Below are positions 43,153-52,794 of a DNA stretch of 59,261 bases, in pieces (position 1 is the stretch's first letter; every line of letters begins with the position of its first letter). The notes under the pieces were generated by a model. The model did no database searches and was not told the origin of the DNA. It worked only from the letters and a program-made list of their open reading frames with translations. The position numbers and the translations under genes are program-made. This DNA comes from Gammaproteobacteria bacterium (GTDB lineage: Bacteria; Pseudomonadota; Gammaproteobacteria; UBA4575): the NCBI GenBank assembly GCA_013001685.1, contig JABDMD010000163.1:1-59261 (forward strand), given 5' to 3'.

Positions 43153-43178
43153 AATCTTTTCCTTAAATTCCTGAGATT

Positions 43179-43685
43179 CTATGAGACAGGAGCATCGCCC
43201 AGTGAAATCTCTGGAAATAGTTCAGCACGTGTGAAACTGCCACGCTCATCTTCAATATCAATGGCTCGAACAGCATCCATTACCAAGACAAGACTTTCAT
43301 AACCAATATCTGGCTCAAGTAAAATTGAAGCAGCAACATTGTCTGGGTATTTATATTTAACAGCTTGCAAAGTCTCCGAAAGTTTAAGCACATCATAACC
43401 TTCTTCAGTTTTAGCAATTTCATGTCGCTGAAAGTTGCCGTTCTTATCTTGGATAATTAAACGGTCATCTTTGACAATTACTTCTAAAACAATACGTTTT
43501 CTATCAGGCTCTACTTGATTAGACGCGGCAGGAAGATGCAATTCTAGAACTGTAATCTTTGCAAACACTAACATGATGAGTAGAAATGGAACTAAAATCA
43601 CCATCAAATTCATGAATGGCGTTACACTGAGTTCCGCATCACTATTCTTTTGAGAATGCCTGCGTAAACGTCTTTTATTAAGCAT
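43179..43685 (-). CDS. ExbD/TolR family protein (AglQ-like)
   Basis: ELSVTPFMNLMVILVPFLL TM; EPDIGYESLVLVMDAVR; ELFPEISLG. Confidence 0.88.
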   Translation of the reverse strand: MLNKRRLRRHSQKNSDAELSVTPFMNLMVILVPFLLIMLVFAKITVLELHLPAASNQVEPDRKRIVLEVIVKDDRLIIQDKNGNFQRHEIAKTEEGYDVLKLSETLQAVKYKYPDNVAASILLEPDIGYESLVLVMDAVRAIDIEDERGSFTRAELFPEISLGDAPVS

Positions 43686-43708
43686 TTTTAATACCCTTAC
43701 TTACGCAA

Positions 43709-44452
43709 CTAAGGTGCTGGTGCAGGTTTACGATCGGTTACAAAGTTCAGAACTTTTACAGAAGCCATTTCAAGGCTATCTACAATTTCTGTAGTCTTAG
43801 TTGATAACCAAGCATGCATTAGCAATAGTGGTATACCTACCATCAAACCAAATGCAGTGGTATTCATCGCAACCGAGATGTTTGCAGACAAAATATCGGC
43901 TTTATCAGCTGGATTGGCTTCGGCAATCGAAGTGAAAGCACCAATCAAACCAATAATGGTTCCTAGCAATCCAAGTAATGTAGCGATGTTCGCAAAGGTC
44001 GCTAGATAGTGTGTGCGCTTCTCCAGTTTCGGTAGCACTTCCATCAAGCCTTCTTCCATTGCAATTTCTACATCATCACGACGACGTGATGATTTTGCAC
44101 GTAGAAAACCATAATGAATAATTCGACTTACCGCAGCTTTAGATTTTTCTGCAAAACTCATTGCTTGTGATAAATTTCCAGATGCTAATGCTGACTGTAA
44201 TTTATTCCATGCAAGCGTATTGCGTGCACGTGATGCTGAAAGATATAAATATCTTTCAATCGCAATCGCAATACCAATCGCAAGAATAATTGCAATCGGA
44301 ATCATGAATGGTCCGCCAGACTGGAAAAATGTAACTACAGTTTCATATAGGCTCGGATCATGCACTTCTGGCGTGGCAAGCATTTCTGCTCCATCCATTA
44401 ATACAGTCTCTGAACCATCTGTAGTGATGATTTCTGACCCGTTCTCTTCCAT
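43709..44452 (-). CDS. MotA/TolQ/ExbB proton channel (AglR-like)
   Basis: ANIATLLGLLGTIIGLI.AF, ISVAMNTTAFGL. Confidence 0.93.
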   Translation of the reverse strand: MEENGSEIITTDGSETVLMDGAEMLATPEVHDPSLYETVVTFFQSGGPFMIPIAIILAIGIAIAIERYLYLSASRARNTLAWNKLQSALASGNLSQAMSFAEKSKAAVSRIIHYGFLRAKSSRRRDDVEIAMEEGLMEVLPKLEKRTHYLATFANIATLLGLLGTIIGLIGAFTSIAEANPADKADILSANISVAMNTTAFGLMVGIPLLLMHAWLSTKTTEIVDSLEMASVKVLNFVTDRKPAPAP

Positions 44453-44520
44453 TTTTTTGCTCCTTAGCGTTAAACGCTTAAATATAATTCTAGTTTTTAA
44501 ACTAGATTAAAAAACTACTA

Positions 44521-44793
44521 TCAATAATACTGTTCGTAATAACTTACTTTTCTCTTGTGCACATCCTTGTCTACAGGTCCAAGCACTTCATCAATTAAAC
44601 TTTGTAATGGTGATCCATCTAAATCACCTGGTTCAGGTGCTTTCCATGGAACAATTACCAATGCCTTAGGTAGTTCACGGTTACCAATAACATCAATGCC
44701 TTCTAGTTCTGGCGTAATACCTGGCACTTCGTCTTCTGCTGATATTGAATAGCAGGGTAATAACAAAGCAGTTAGTATTAGAATTCTTCTCAT
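44521..44793 (-). CDS. small exported protein (GltF/CglF-like)
   Basis: Signal peptide; I..IGNRELPK.L.IVPWK motif; position between the TPR genes and the motor genes. Confidence 0.65.
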   Translation of the reverse strand: MRRILILTALLLPCYSISAEDEVPGITPELEGIDVIGNRELPKALVIVPWKAPEPGDLDGSPLQSLIDEVLGPVDKDVHKRKVSYYEQYY

Positions 44794-44816
44794 TTGTTGT
44801 TGCCTTGTCTGAAAGT

Positions 44817-45485
44817 TTAGCTACCTTGCTTCTTTAACTGCGACATCCAAGCAATAACTTGCTTGTCTTCCCCACCAGTAAGTTTTAAATACTCTTGATA
44901 ATGGCCCAACGCACAGTCTATTTTCCTTAAATAGACATCACACAAAATAGCTAGATTCAGATGAGCGTTTTTATAATCCGGATATGCGGACAAAGCTCTC
45001 ATATAAAGCTGCTCGGCCTCTTCAAACTTACCATCTTCACGATTCAAAATGGCTAACTGGTTCAGAGCATAAGGATTATTAGGATTGATCTTTAGAGCCT
45101 TTTCAAACGCAGTTCTAGCTTTAGCCATATCACCCAATTCTTTATGTGCTACACCAATATTTACCCATGGACCTGAAATGCGCTCGTCCATCTTGGCTAC
45201 TTTTTGCATTTCTAAAATTGCAGTATCGTAATTTTTTGCACGCATATGTTTCAAAGCAGTGTTATAAGCACTTGCAGTTTTCTTGCTAATACGAAAATTT
45301 GGTTGCGCTAAAATTTTACCTGCTGACTTACTAGCGGATTTTTCAGTTTTTGCGCTCGTTTTAGAAGCAGTTGTCGATTTTTTAAGGCTCGGTAAATTTG
45401 CACAACTAGTAAGCATCACAACTAGCATGCTTGCAGTAATACTAATAGCAACAAATTTAATAAATATTCTGAACAAGGTCTTCAC
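44817..45485 (-). CDS. TPR lipoprotein (GltE-like)
   Basis: Lipobox LTSC; TPRs; HLNLAILCDVYL motif. Confidence 0.85.
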   Translation of the reverse strand: MKTLFRIFIKFVAISITASMLVVMLTSCANLPSLKKSTTASKTSAKTEKSASKSAGKILAQPNFRISKKTASAYNTALKHMRAKNYDTAILEMQKVAKMDERISGPWVNIGVAHKELGDMAKARTAFEKALKINPNNPYALNQLAILNREDGKFEEAEQLYMRALSAYPDYKNAHLNLAILCDVYLRKIDCALGHYQEYLKLTGGEDKQVIAWMSQLKKQGS

Positions 45486-48273
45486 TCCTTTCAGCTTTTA
45501 CATATTGTGCAGGTGATAGCACAGCTAATTCTGCCAAACTCTTTTTAACCCATTCGTCATAAATATCATCAGAAATACGTGAAGCATTTAGCTCATGAAG
45601 TTCAATTGCCTGCTCTTCAAACGGATAAGCTTGTTCTTCTAAAAGAATTTCATATTGGTCAAATTCTTCCACCGACAAACCTGAGGGACGATCAGACTCC
45701 ATCATTGCTATAGCAAATTCCTGATAAATTTTTGCCGACCAATAAGTTGCAGCAGTAGTAACTTGCTGAACTTTATAATTACTCGCCGCTTCATAAGCAT
45801 CTAATGCAACTTGCATTTGTCTCTTCTTAAGCTTTAAATTTTTCTTTAATGGATGAAGCAAAAAGATTTGGCTAAATGCATCATATTCTGGCTTAGCAAG
45901 ATCTAAGGTCGCATTAGCAGCTAAAAACTTAGTGCGATCACTACGTTCTGATCCTGCTCTCGCATCGGCATCAATAATTTTTCGCTGCCAATTTAATTTA
46001 TCATCAATGTATTTTCGCTCTGTATACATGTCGACAAGCTTCTGCATCGCTTCCATTGCCGGTTCAGTAGGTTTAGGATGGTCTTTCACATAGGCAATTA
46101 AGCTTTTTTCAGCACCATAAAAATCTCCACCCTTACCGTATAGCTCTGCTGCGTGAAAGCGCGCTTCACGTTTTAAGGCTGGATCACTTGAACTAGTGCC
46201 AATAGCTTCATACTCTTTCGCAGCCTTAAGATGTTGACCTCCTTTATCATATGAAACGGCTAATTTTTGAGTGACATCACCCTGTAATTCATGACTAGGA
46301 TAACGTTGACGGAAATCTTCTAAAGTACTCGATGCACGATTCCAGTCTTCAAGCTCTAGCAAGGCCGCTGATGCATCATATTGTGCAGTAGCACGAATTT
46401 CTGCATCCGGCACTACTTGACCCACTCTTAAATAATGGGAAACCGCAGCATCGAGGTCACCCGCCTTCTTGCTGGCTTCACCTTGTTTATAAACTGATGC
46501 CGCTAATCTATCTTTAAGTGGATCACGTAACTCTTCGTTAGCATCTACTTTACCTAATGCTTCTATATAAGCCTTTTCAGATGCACCATATTGACCGGTA
46601 TCAAACGCAGAATTTGCTTTTACAGTCCAAGCAGAGAGGACTAGTTTCTTATCTGCATTAGAATGGTCGCTAATAATAATGTCAGACGCTTTAGTGGCGC
46701 GCGCATAATCTTTTCGAGCGTAAAGTTCTTCAGCTGTTACCGTCATCACCTTGGCAACTTCGGGATGTTCGGGGAAGTTTTCGGTAAATTTAAAGCTGCT
46801 ATCGATTAATTGATTTTTAATTACAGATTGTTGGGCAGCTTGTTGATCTTGTTTTAGCCATTCGTTGTACGCAATGATGGCCGCATAACCGGACTCAGCA
46901 GATTTCGGGTGTTTTTTATAACCATATGCAGTTTTTTCATATTCTCGCACTGCATTTGCATATTGCTTAGTTTCATAATGCACTTCAGCAAGGTGAAAAT
47001 TCATCTCGGAAGCTTTTTCATCTTGTGGGAAAGATTCTAAGTACGCATTATACCAAGTAGCTGCTTCATTATAATATTCTTTAGGTTTCTTACGCTCTTT
47101 TTGTGCGATTGAATGATAATGCTTAGCAAGATCAGTAATGTTTGATTTTAAAAAAGTAACTATATCATCAGACTGAGCAACATCATTATGTTGCCAATAT
47201 TCTGACTTTAAGTTGTAGTCAACAACGAATTGTTTTTTCGCGCGTAATACTTCAGATGGAAATTCACCTTTCTTATAAGCCTCCATAGACTTAATCTGAA
47301 AATGTGGTGCTTTAGGACTAAATTGATGTGTTTCGACATATTGTCTATAGGTATTGGCCGCATCACTCCAGCGTCTTTTGTCTAAATATTGTTTGCCTAA
47401 TCTTTCATATACCAAAATTTCATAAGGTTGTCTTTCAGACTCAGTATAAAATTTAGATACTTCTTCAGGACCACCTAAATAAGCAAAACTTAAACTAATT
47501 GCACGTAAAGTGTCATCTAGTAATTCTTGATCGGGTTGAGATAACTGAGCAATATTTTCCTCTTCAACTCCAGCAACTAACAAGTTATCAAGTACGGTAT
47601 TAAAAGATGGAATACCGTAATCATAATCAACTTGTTTAAAGTGCGACCAACCGTGTTTGTACAAAGAGTGTATATAAAAACGACCTTCTGTCCCTTGTTT
47701 GATTACTGCCTCATACGCATCTTCAGCTTGTGCATATTGTTTTTCTACAAATAAAATTTCAGCACGTCTAAACTGAGTTTCGCCAAAATAGTTAGATTCT
47801 GGGTATTCATAGACTAGTTGATCTAAGGCTTTGAGGGCTTTCTCATGTTGGCCAGTAAGTTCGTAGGCACGAGAGAGTTGATAGAGAACTCGATCTCTAT
47901 TCGGGTATGCCGAATGATTAGCTAAAACATCCTCGTAAAGCTTAATAGTTTCTTTATAAGAATTTTTATCAGGGGCTTGAACGTTCTCTGCCATTTGATC
48001 TTCGGTCTCTTCCATACGTAAATCGCCCAATCTACGCAATACTTCTGGATGAACATTATTTGGATCTTCGTTAACCAGTTTTTTATACTGACTGATTGCT
48101 TTAGTACGGCTACTTACAACAGGCACATCTACTTTAACTTTGACACGTTTCTTATTGAGACCACCAATCGTACTGCCTCTCTTACCACCAAAGCTTCCAC
48201 AAGCAACTAGCATACTGGCAACAGTAACCATCAAAATTAATTTATGTGCAAGCTTTACCATAACTTCCACCAT
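45457..48273 (-). CDS. large TPR lipoprotein (GltD-like)
   Basis: Lipobox LVAC; many TPRs; C-terminal Y..LLEEQAYPFEE.AI..HE.N. Confidence 0.85.
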   Translation of the reverse strand: MVEVMVKLAHKLILMVTVASMLVACGSFGGKRGSTIGGLNKKRVKVKVDVPVVSSRTKAISQYKKLVNEDPNNVHPEVLRRLGDLRMEETEDQMAENVQAPDKNSYKETIKLYEDVLANHSAYPNRDRVLYQLSRAYELTGQHEKALKALDQLVYEYPESNYFGETQFRRAEILFVEKQYAQAEDAYEAVIKQGTEGRFYIHSLYKHGWSHFKQVDYDYGIPSFNTVLDNLLVAGVEEENIAQLSQPDQELLDDTLRAISLSFAYLGGPEEVSKFYTESERQPYEILVYERLGKQYLDKRRWSDAANTYRQYVETHQFSPKAPHFQIKSMEAYKKGEFPSEVLRAKKQFVVDYNLKSEYWQHNDVAQSDDIVTFLKSNITDLAKHYHSIAQKERKKPKEYYNEAATWYNAYLESFPQDEKASEMNFHLAEVHYETKQYANAVREYEKTAYGYKKHPKSAESGYAAIIAYNEWLKQDQQAAQQSVIKNQLIDSSFKFTENFPEHPEVAKVMTVTAEELYARKDYARATKASDIIISDHSNADKKLVLSAWTVKANSAFDTGQYGASEKAYIEALGKVDANEELRDPLKDRLAASVYKQGEASKKAGDLDAAVSHYLRVGQVVPDAEIRATAQYDASAALLELEDWNRASSTLEDFRQRYPSHELQGDVTQKLAVSYDKGGQHLKAAKEYEAIGTSSSDPALKREARFHAAELYGKGGDFYGAEKSLIAYVKDHPKPTEPAMEAMQKLVDMYTERKYIDDKLNWQRKIIDADARAGSERSDRTKFLAANATLDLAKPEYDAFSQIFLLHPLKKNLKLKKRQMQVALDAYEAASNYKVQQVTTAATYWSAKIYQEFAIAMMESDRPSGLSVEEFDQYEILLEEQAYPFEEQAIELHELNASRISDDIYDEWVKKSLAELAVLSPAQYVKAERSEDLVQNIY

Positions 48274-50222
48274 TTCTTAGATTTTTCAGGTTGAGCATCT
48301 TCGGGATTATTTTCGTCTGCACCAGGAATAGTCGAAGATGCTGCAGCATCGTAAGCAGATGCAAGTTGGTAACGAGCATGTTTTTCGTAACCAGTCAGAA
48401 TTTTTTCTCGATGATTTAGCTCTTTAACTGCTACATGCTCTAAATAACGCGATTGTTCTTCAAATACACGATTTGCAATCGGTATAAGTCGTTTAATTTC
48501 CTTATGTAAAGCAAGTATGCGTGCCTCAAATTCATCAAATTTCTCAACACTTTCTGTTATAGCTCTCTTAATCGAAACACTTTTTTCTGGAGTGATAGAA
48601 AGATGCTTTTCTATTTCAGAGACTTCTTGCTTATGGTTCCATGATCGTTCGATATAAGCGCTATAGATTTGCCAGTGCATAATGCCACGCATGAGTGCAA
48701 TTTTTTCACTCATTTGTGCGATTTTATTATTTTCTGGTTCTTGAAGTTTTAACAACTCTAAACGTTGTTCCAGTTGGCTAATCTCTGCTAGTTTACGTTT
48801 TTCTTCAGCTGTAGCCAGTTGCATAAATGCATTATCGTTTTCAATTTCATTAAGCACGAAAGAAATACTGTCTTGCTGTGCTTGAAGCTTACTTAGATCT
48901 AAACCATTTAATCTTTGTTGTACAAGTGGCAAGTACTTGTGATAGCGAGCTTTGCGGGTATCCAACATTGTTAGATATATTGAAATATTTTCGTCCCAAT
49001 GCGCTAAGTTTTTCTTTAAGAACAATAAATCGCGAAAATTTTTCAGTGCTTCATGAAATTCATGCTCAGCTAAAAGCTCAGTAAAATATTTAACTTCTGG
49101 TAATTCTGGCAGGTCTCTAAGTGTCCAGAACCAACCCATTTGTGGCCCACCCTTGGTGCGATCCAATAATGCATCTACCAATACACCTTGTTCAATCTGA
49201 TTTGCAGAATAAGCAAGCTCTTTTGCTTCCTCTTGATATATATCTGCTGCTTGTTCATATGCTTGTACGGCTCTGCCAAGTAAACCCATTTCGTTATATG
49301 CATGTGCAAGCGCTAATACACCTTCTTGCACTTCTGAATGATAAGCACTTCGATTACGTAATTCTTGCAGTGGTGCTAAAGCTGCACTGTGTTTTTTCGC
49401 ATTGGTATTAGCCCAACCGATTCCAAGTAATGCTAAATTAGAGTAAAGACCTTCAAGACGAACTTTTTCTAAATACTTGATTGCATCCGCGGGACGATCA
49501 TTTTGAATTAAAGTTAAGCCTGAGGCGAGATTCGCTCTATCTCTAAGTGTGCGCATGGTTTCTGTTTTTGCTTTTAATTTACCAACCTTCTTAAGGTGCT
49601 CAATACCTTTGTCTACATTGCCTCGCTTTGTATAAGCTATACCGAGGTTATAGTCCGCATAGTTCTTATAGTTCTTTGGTGCCTTCCATTTATCCAAGCT
49701 TGAAATGGCAGCGTCATATTTACCCTGCGCCATATAAACTTGACCTGTTAACAGCTTTAATTCACCAAATACACTTTCTTGTACAGGTCCACTGACGTTA
49801 CTTAAAAAGTCTGCAGATTCATCAATGTAGCCACGTTGATAATAAATTTTTGCTAGATAGTAATAAGCACGATTCTTAATCGCATCACGCACATTACCTT
49901 GCAGCAATCTATCAAATATTCTTGAAGCTTCTTTGTGTAAACCGTATGAAAGATCTATTCCACCGAGCAATAATTCATCATCAGGTACATGATTAGTTGT
50001 TCTATTCAAATCACGTGCTGCAAGCAAATGAACAATAGAGGTAAAATAATCTTCTTGATAAAAATGGAATAATACTTCGCCATAATGAAGATCTTTAATA
50101 ATATTAGGTTGTTCGATATTTGCAAAAGACACTGCCGAACACAACGAAAGCACACAAATGCAAAAAGCCAAGTTAGCCTTGGCTTTAAAAACATTCAACG
50201 TTTTAGTCCTAGATAACAACAT
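48255..50222 (-). CDS. exported TPR/coiled-coil protein (GltC-like)
   Basis: Signal peptide, DLHYGEVLF.FYQ, TPRs, long coiled-coil C-terminal half. Confidence 0.8.
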   Translation of the reverse strand: MLLSRTKTLNVFKAKANLAFCICVLSLCSAVSFANIEQPNIIKDLHYGEVLFHFYQEDYFTSIVHLLAARDLNRTTNHVPDDELLLGGIDLSYGLHKEASRIFDRLLQGNVRDAIKNRAYYYLAKIYYQRGYIDESADFLSNVSGPVQESVFGELKLLTGQVYMAQGKYDAAISSLDKWKAPKNYKNYADYNLGIAYTKRGNVDKGIEHLKKVGKLKAKTETMRTLRDRANLASGLTLIQNDRPADAIKYLEKVRLEGLYSNLALLGIGWANTNAKKHSAALAPLQELRNRSAYHSEVQEGVLALAHAYNEMGLLGRAVQAYEQAADIYQEEAKELAYSANQIEQGVLVDALLDRTKGGPQMGWFWTLRDLPELPEVKYFTELLAEHEFHEALKNFRDLLFLKKNLAHWDENISIYLTMLDTRKARYHKYLPLVQQRLNGLDLSKLQAQQDSISFVLNEIENDNAFMQLATAEEKRKLAEISQLEQRLELLKLQEPENNKIAQMSEKIALMRGIMHWQIYSAYIERSWNHKQEVSEIEKHLSITPEKSVSIKRAITESVEKFDEFEARILALHKEIKRLIPIANRVFEEQSRYLEHVAVKELNHREKILTGYEKHARYQLASAYDAAASSTIPGADENNPEDAQPEKSKKWWKLW

Positions 50223-50230
50223 CTATAAAC

Positions 50231-50779
50231 TTATTCCCACTCCTTAACCACAAAGTCTGGTTGATGTTTTGGAGTTCGGTCGGTAATTTTTAACTCCAGA
50301 TACTTAGCACCCAATCCTTTATCGATAATACGATTTGCACCGCGTTTAAAATCCCTACCTTTAGGTCCCTTACCTACAAAATAAGCAACTAACTCATGCT
50401 CACCTGAAGGCAAGTTTCCAATATAAATTTGATGTACACCACCACGTAATAAAGCATCTACTTCACGTTCGGTATATAGATAATTAGCTACAATTTTTTC
50501 ATTCAATGTTACTTGCACTGAATCTAAATCAAAAAAATCACCCACATCAACCGATACATATACAGCAACCTGAGTGCTAGAAGGATAAAGTAACTCTTCT
50601 TCTAAGATATAAAGATCACGATTCAGCTCAAGCACTTCTTCTTTCAATACTTGAATATCTTCATCTAAACCCTGAAAGTCTTGATCTTCACTTGCATTTA
50701 ATTCACCAATATCTGCTGCAGCACTACAAACGTAGACCAACAAAATACAAGTAAAAAACAAAATAAATTTCTTATACAT
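50231..50779 (-). CDS. exported coiled-coil + beta-sandwich protein, unknown function
   Basis: Signal peptide from MYKKF (ATG 50779); LKEEVLELNRDL..LEEELL; no HTH. Confidence 0.75.
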   Translation of the reverse strand: MYKKFILFFTCILLVYVCSAAADIGELNASEDQDFQGLDEDIQVLKEEVLELNRDLYILEEELLYPSSTQVAVYVSVDVGDFFDLDSVQVTLNEKIVANYLYTEREVDALLRGGVHQIYIGNLPSGEHELVAYFVGKGPKGRDFKRGANRIIDKGLGAKYLELKITDRTPKHQPDFVVKEWE

Positions 50780-50814
50780 ATTTTTTCTCCACATACCCAA
50801 GCTAGTTATCTCAA

Positions 50815-51942
50815 TCAAAACCATGAAGAAAAATAGAATTGGATTGTTGTAGCATCAAATGAATATCCACTTCCTAAACTTCCCACATCTGTAACAGATT
50901 CAATTCCGGAGTAATCGTCATAGTCAAAATCCAAATACTCGATCGCAAGATTTAATGAAGCTGTGCGTAATAATTTGTAATCTTTAAATAAGTCATAACG
51001 AAGTCGACCACCTACAGCAAAGCTATCAAATGAACTCAGTTCTTTATCCCGTGCCATATACCTCAATCTAGAACTGAAATTGTCGCTATAAAAATCTGCT
51101 TTATCTTGTGTGTAATAGCGGCCATAAACATCAACAACCCATTGATTTCCAATATATTGTGAGTAATTTAGGTCAACGGTAGATGAACGAACATCCCAAG
51201 TGTCCCTATAAAACCGATAACCGAGTGATGTAGATGCACGATGCTGCCAATACTTAATACCTTTCAAAGAGTAAGCTTGCCCAGTACGTGTGTCTGGGTA
51301 CTCTTCTGAACCACTACCTAGCGAGACACCGTTTACAAAAACAAAGCGATATGGGTTGTTTAAAAAGCCTTCTTCTACTGTGGCTTCATAATCAAATGCC
51401 ATTACAAATGATTTAGTAATAACTTGTGAGATACCAGCTCTGAATGAATAACGATCTAGATCTTCTGCAAAACTATCTAGGTCAACTCTTTCTACATCAT
51501 CTGACCCGATTGAAGCGCCAATATTCATTTTTGTCATGGCACCAAACATTTCATGAGAAATATCAAAACTCACCATATTTGATTCATAATCGTCTTCTTC
51601 GCTATATGTGTAGGAAAGATCCATAAGAGTGTTGTCACGCAAGTAGGTGCCACCTAGCGTGTATTCATCTCTATCTTCTTCATATTTACTAGCACCAGCC
51701 AACACATCTGGTGATGCACCACTTATACTATCGTGATGGTAACCACCATAAACTGAATACTTTCCAGCAAAGTTTTTACGCACCAGCATAGTGGCACCGT
51801 CTACTTCAACACCACCGCCATCATAATAGTGATAACCAATATCTGCTCTTTCTTCAGGCAAAACTTCAGCCCAAGTATTTTGAATACTAAAAATACTAAG
51901 AATGAAAATTACTAGATATATTGTGTGTGTAGTCTTTATCAT
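50815..51942 (-). CDS. DUF3570 family outer-membrane beta-barrel protein
   Basis: Signal peptide, Y.GGG..V, D.ISGAS, E.DY.S, GFL.NPYR, YR.Y.D.W, RYY.Q..A.FY, terminal aromatic residue. Confidence 0.85.
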   Translation of the reverse strand: MIKTTHTIYLVIFILSIFSIQNTWAEVLPEERADIGYHYYDGGGVEVDGATMLVRKNFAGKYSVYGGYHHDSISGASPDVLAGASKYEEDRDEYTLGGTYLRDNTLMDLSYTYSEEDDYESNMVSFDISHEMFGAMTKMNIGASIGSDDVERVDLDSFAEDLDRYSFRAGISQVITKSFVMAFDYEATVEEGFLNNPYRFVFVNGVSLGSGSEEYPDTRTGQAYSLKGIKYWQHRASTSLGYRFYRDTWDVRSSTVDLNYSQYIGNQWVVDVYGRYYTQDKADFYSDNFSSRLRYMARDKELSSFDSFAVGGRLRYDLFKDYKLLRTASLNLAIEYLDFDYDDYSGIESVTDVGSLGSGYSFDATTIQFYFSSWF

Positions 51943-51956
51943 TTTAATTATTAAAA

Positions 51957-52223
51957 TTAGTTACAGCCACAACCACCGCCATGCGCGTAACCCGCACCGC
52001 GAGCACCTTCACGTGTATTGAATACATGTTGTCTATATTTGTTAGATAGTGGATCTTTATTAAAACTCATAATCGGATCAGCCAAATACTCACGCTCATA
52101 AGGCGCAACCCAAGGCTCAATATTCGGCAAACTTGGTAAACGGAAAGATGAACACGCACTCACAGATATTAAAATTGAAATAATGAAAATCGCTGGCAAT
52201 ACTTTTGTTGCTTTTTTAAGCAT
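51957..52223 (-). CDS. DUF4266 family lipoprotein
   Basis: Lipobox VSAC; PWV.PYER..LAD..M; REGA.G...GGGCGCN. Confidence 0.9.
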   Translation of the reverse strand: MLKKATKVLPAIFIISILISVSACSSFRLPSLPNIEPWVAPYEREYLADPIMSFNKDPLSNKYRQHVFNTREGARGAGYAHGGGCGCN

Positions 52224-52237
52224 AAATCACCTCTTTC

Positions 52238-52747
52238 TCATCCTTCTTTTCTTAAGGCCTGTATCTGTCTGTGATACTTCTCGATATAGCCTTTTTTAAA
52301 GCCACGATTTACATGCCTAATCTTTCCAGCACGATCAATAATGATGGTTGTTGGCATGGCCTTAATATCAAAACTTTTGCTAACGTCTTTCTCGGTATCA
52401 AATAACACTGGGAAATTAACCTCTAACTTATTTGCTAAATGAATAGCTTTAGATTGGTCTTCATCGAGATTGATACCTAATAATTCGAAGTCGTATGGAT
52501 CAAGTGATTCATGCAACTCGTTTAAATGTGGGATTTCTTCAGCACAGGGGCCGCACCAAGTGGCCCAAAAATTCAACATGACGATACGGCCTTTTAGTTC
52601 ACTCAAACGCACATTCTTTCCAGATGTACTTTTTAGAACAAAATCTGGTGCACTATCTGCTTTGATCTTTGCAAAAGCCACTACGCTTATGAAACTCATA
52701 AATAACAACGTAGTGATAGTAATTATAATCAGCTGTTTTTTTCTCAT
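52238..52747 (-). CDS. TlpA-like thiol-disulfide oxidoreductase
   Basis: NFWATWCGPC, MPTT.IIDR.G. Start moved to the ATG at 52747. Confidence 0.93.
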   Translation of the reverse strand: MRKKQLIIITITTLLFMSFISVVAFAKIKADSAPDFVLKSTSGKNVRLSELKGRIVMLNFWATWCGPCAEEIPHLNELHESLDPYDFELLGINLDEDQSKAIHLANKLEVNFPVLFDTEKDVSKSFDIKAMPTTIIIDRAGKIRHVNRGFKKGYIEKYHRQIQALRKEG

Positions 52748-52794
52748 AGCTTTTCGCTTCCTTGAATACTCAGTAATTCCGTAAATCAGACTCA

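Noticed and set aside
41652-44452. Ordinary Tol-Pal or TonB-ExbBD iron uptake locus
   Set aside because: No tolB, pal, ybgC or TonB-dependent receptor; two ExbD paralogues plus TPR and GltF-like genes fit the Agl/Glt-like class
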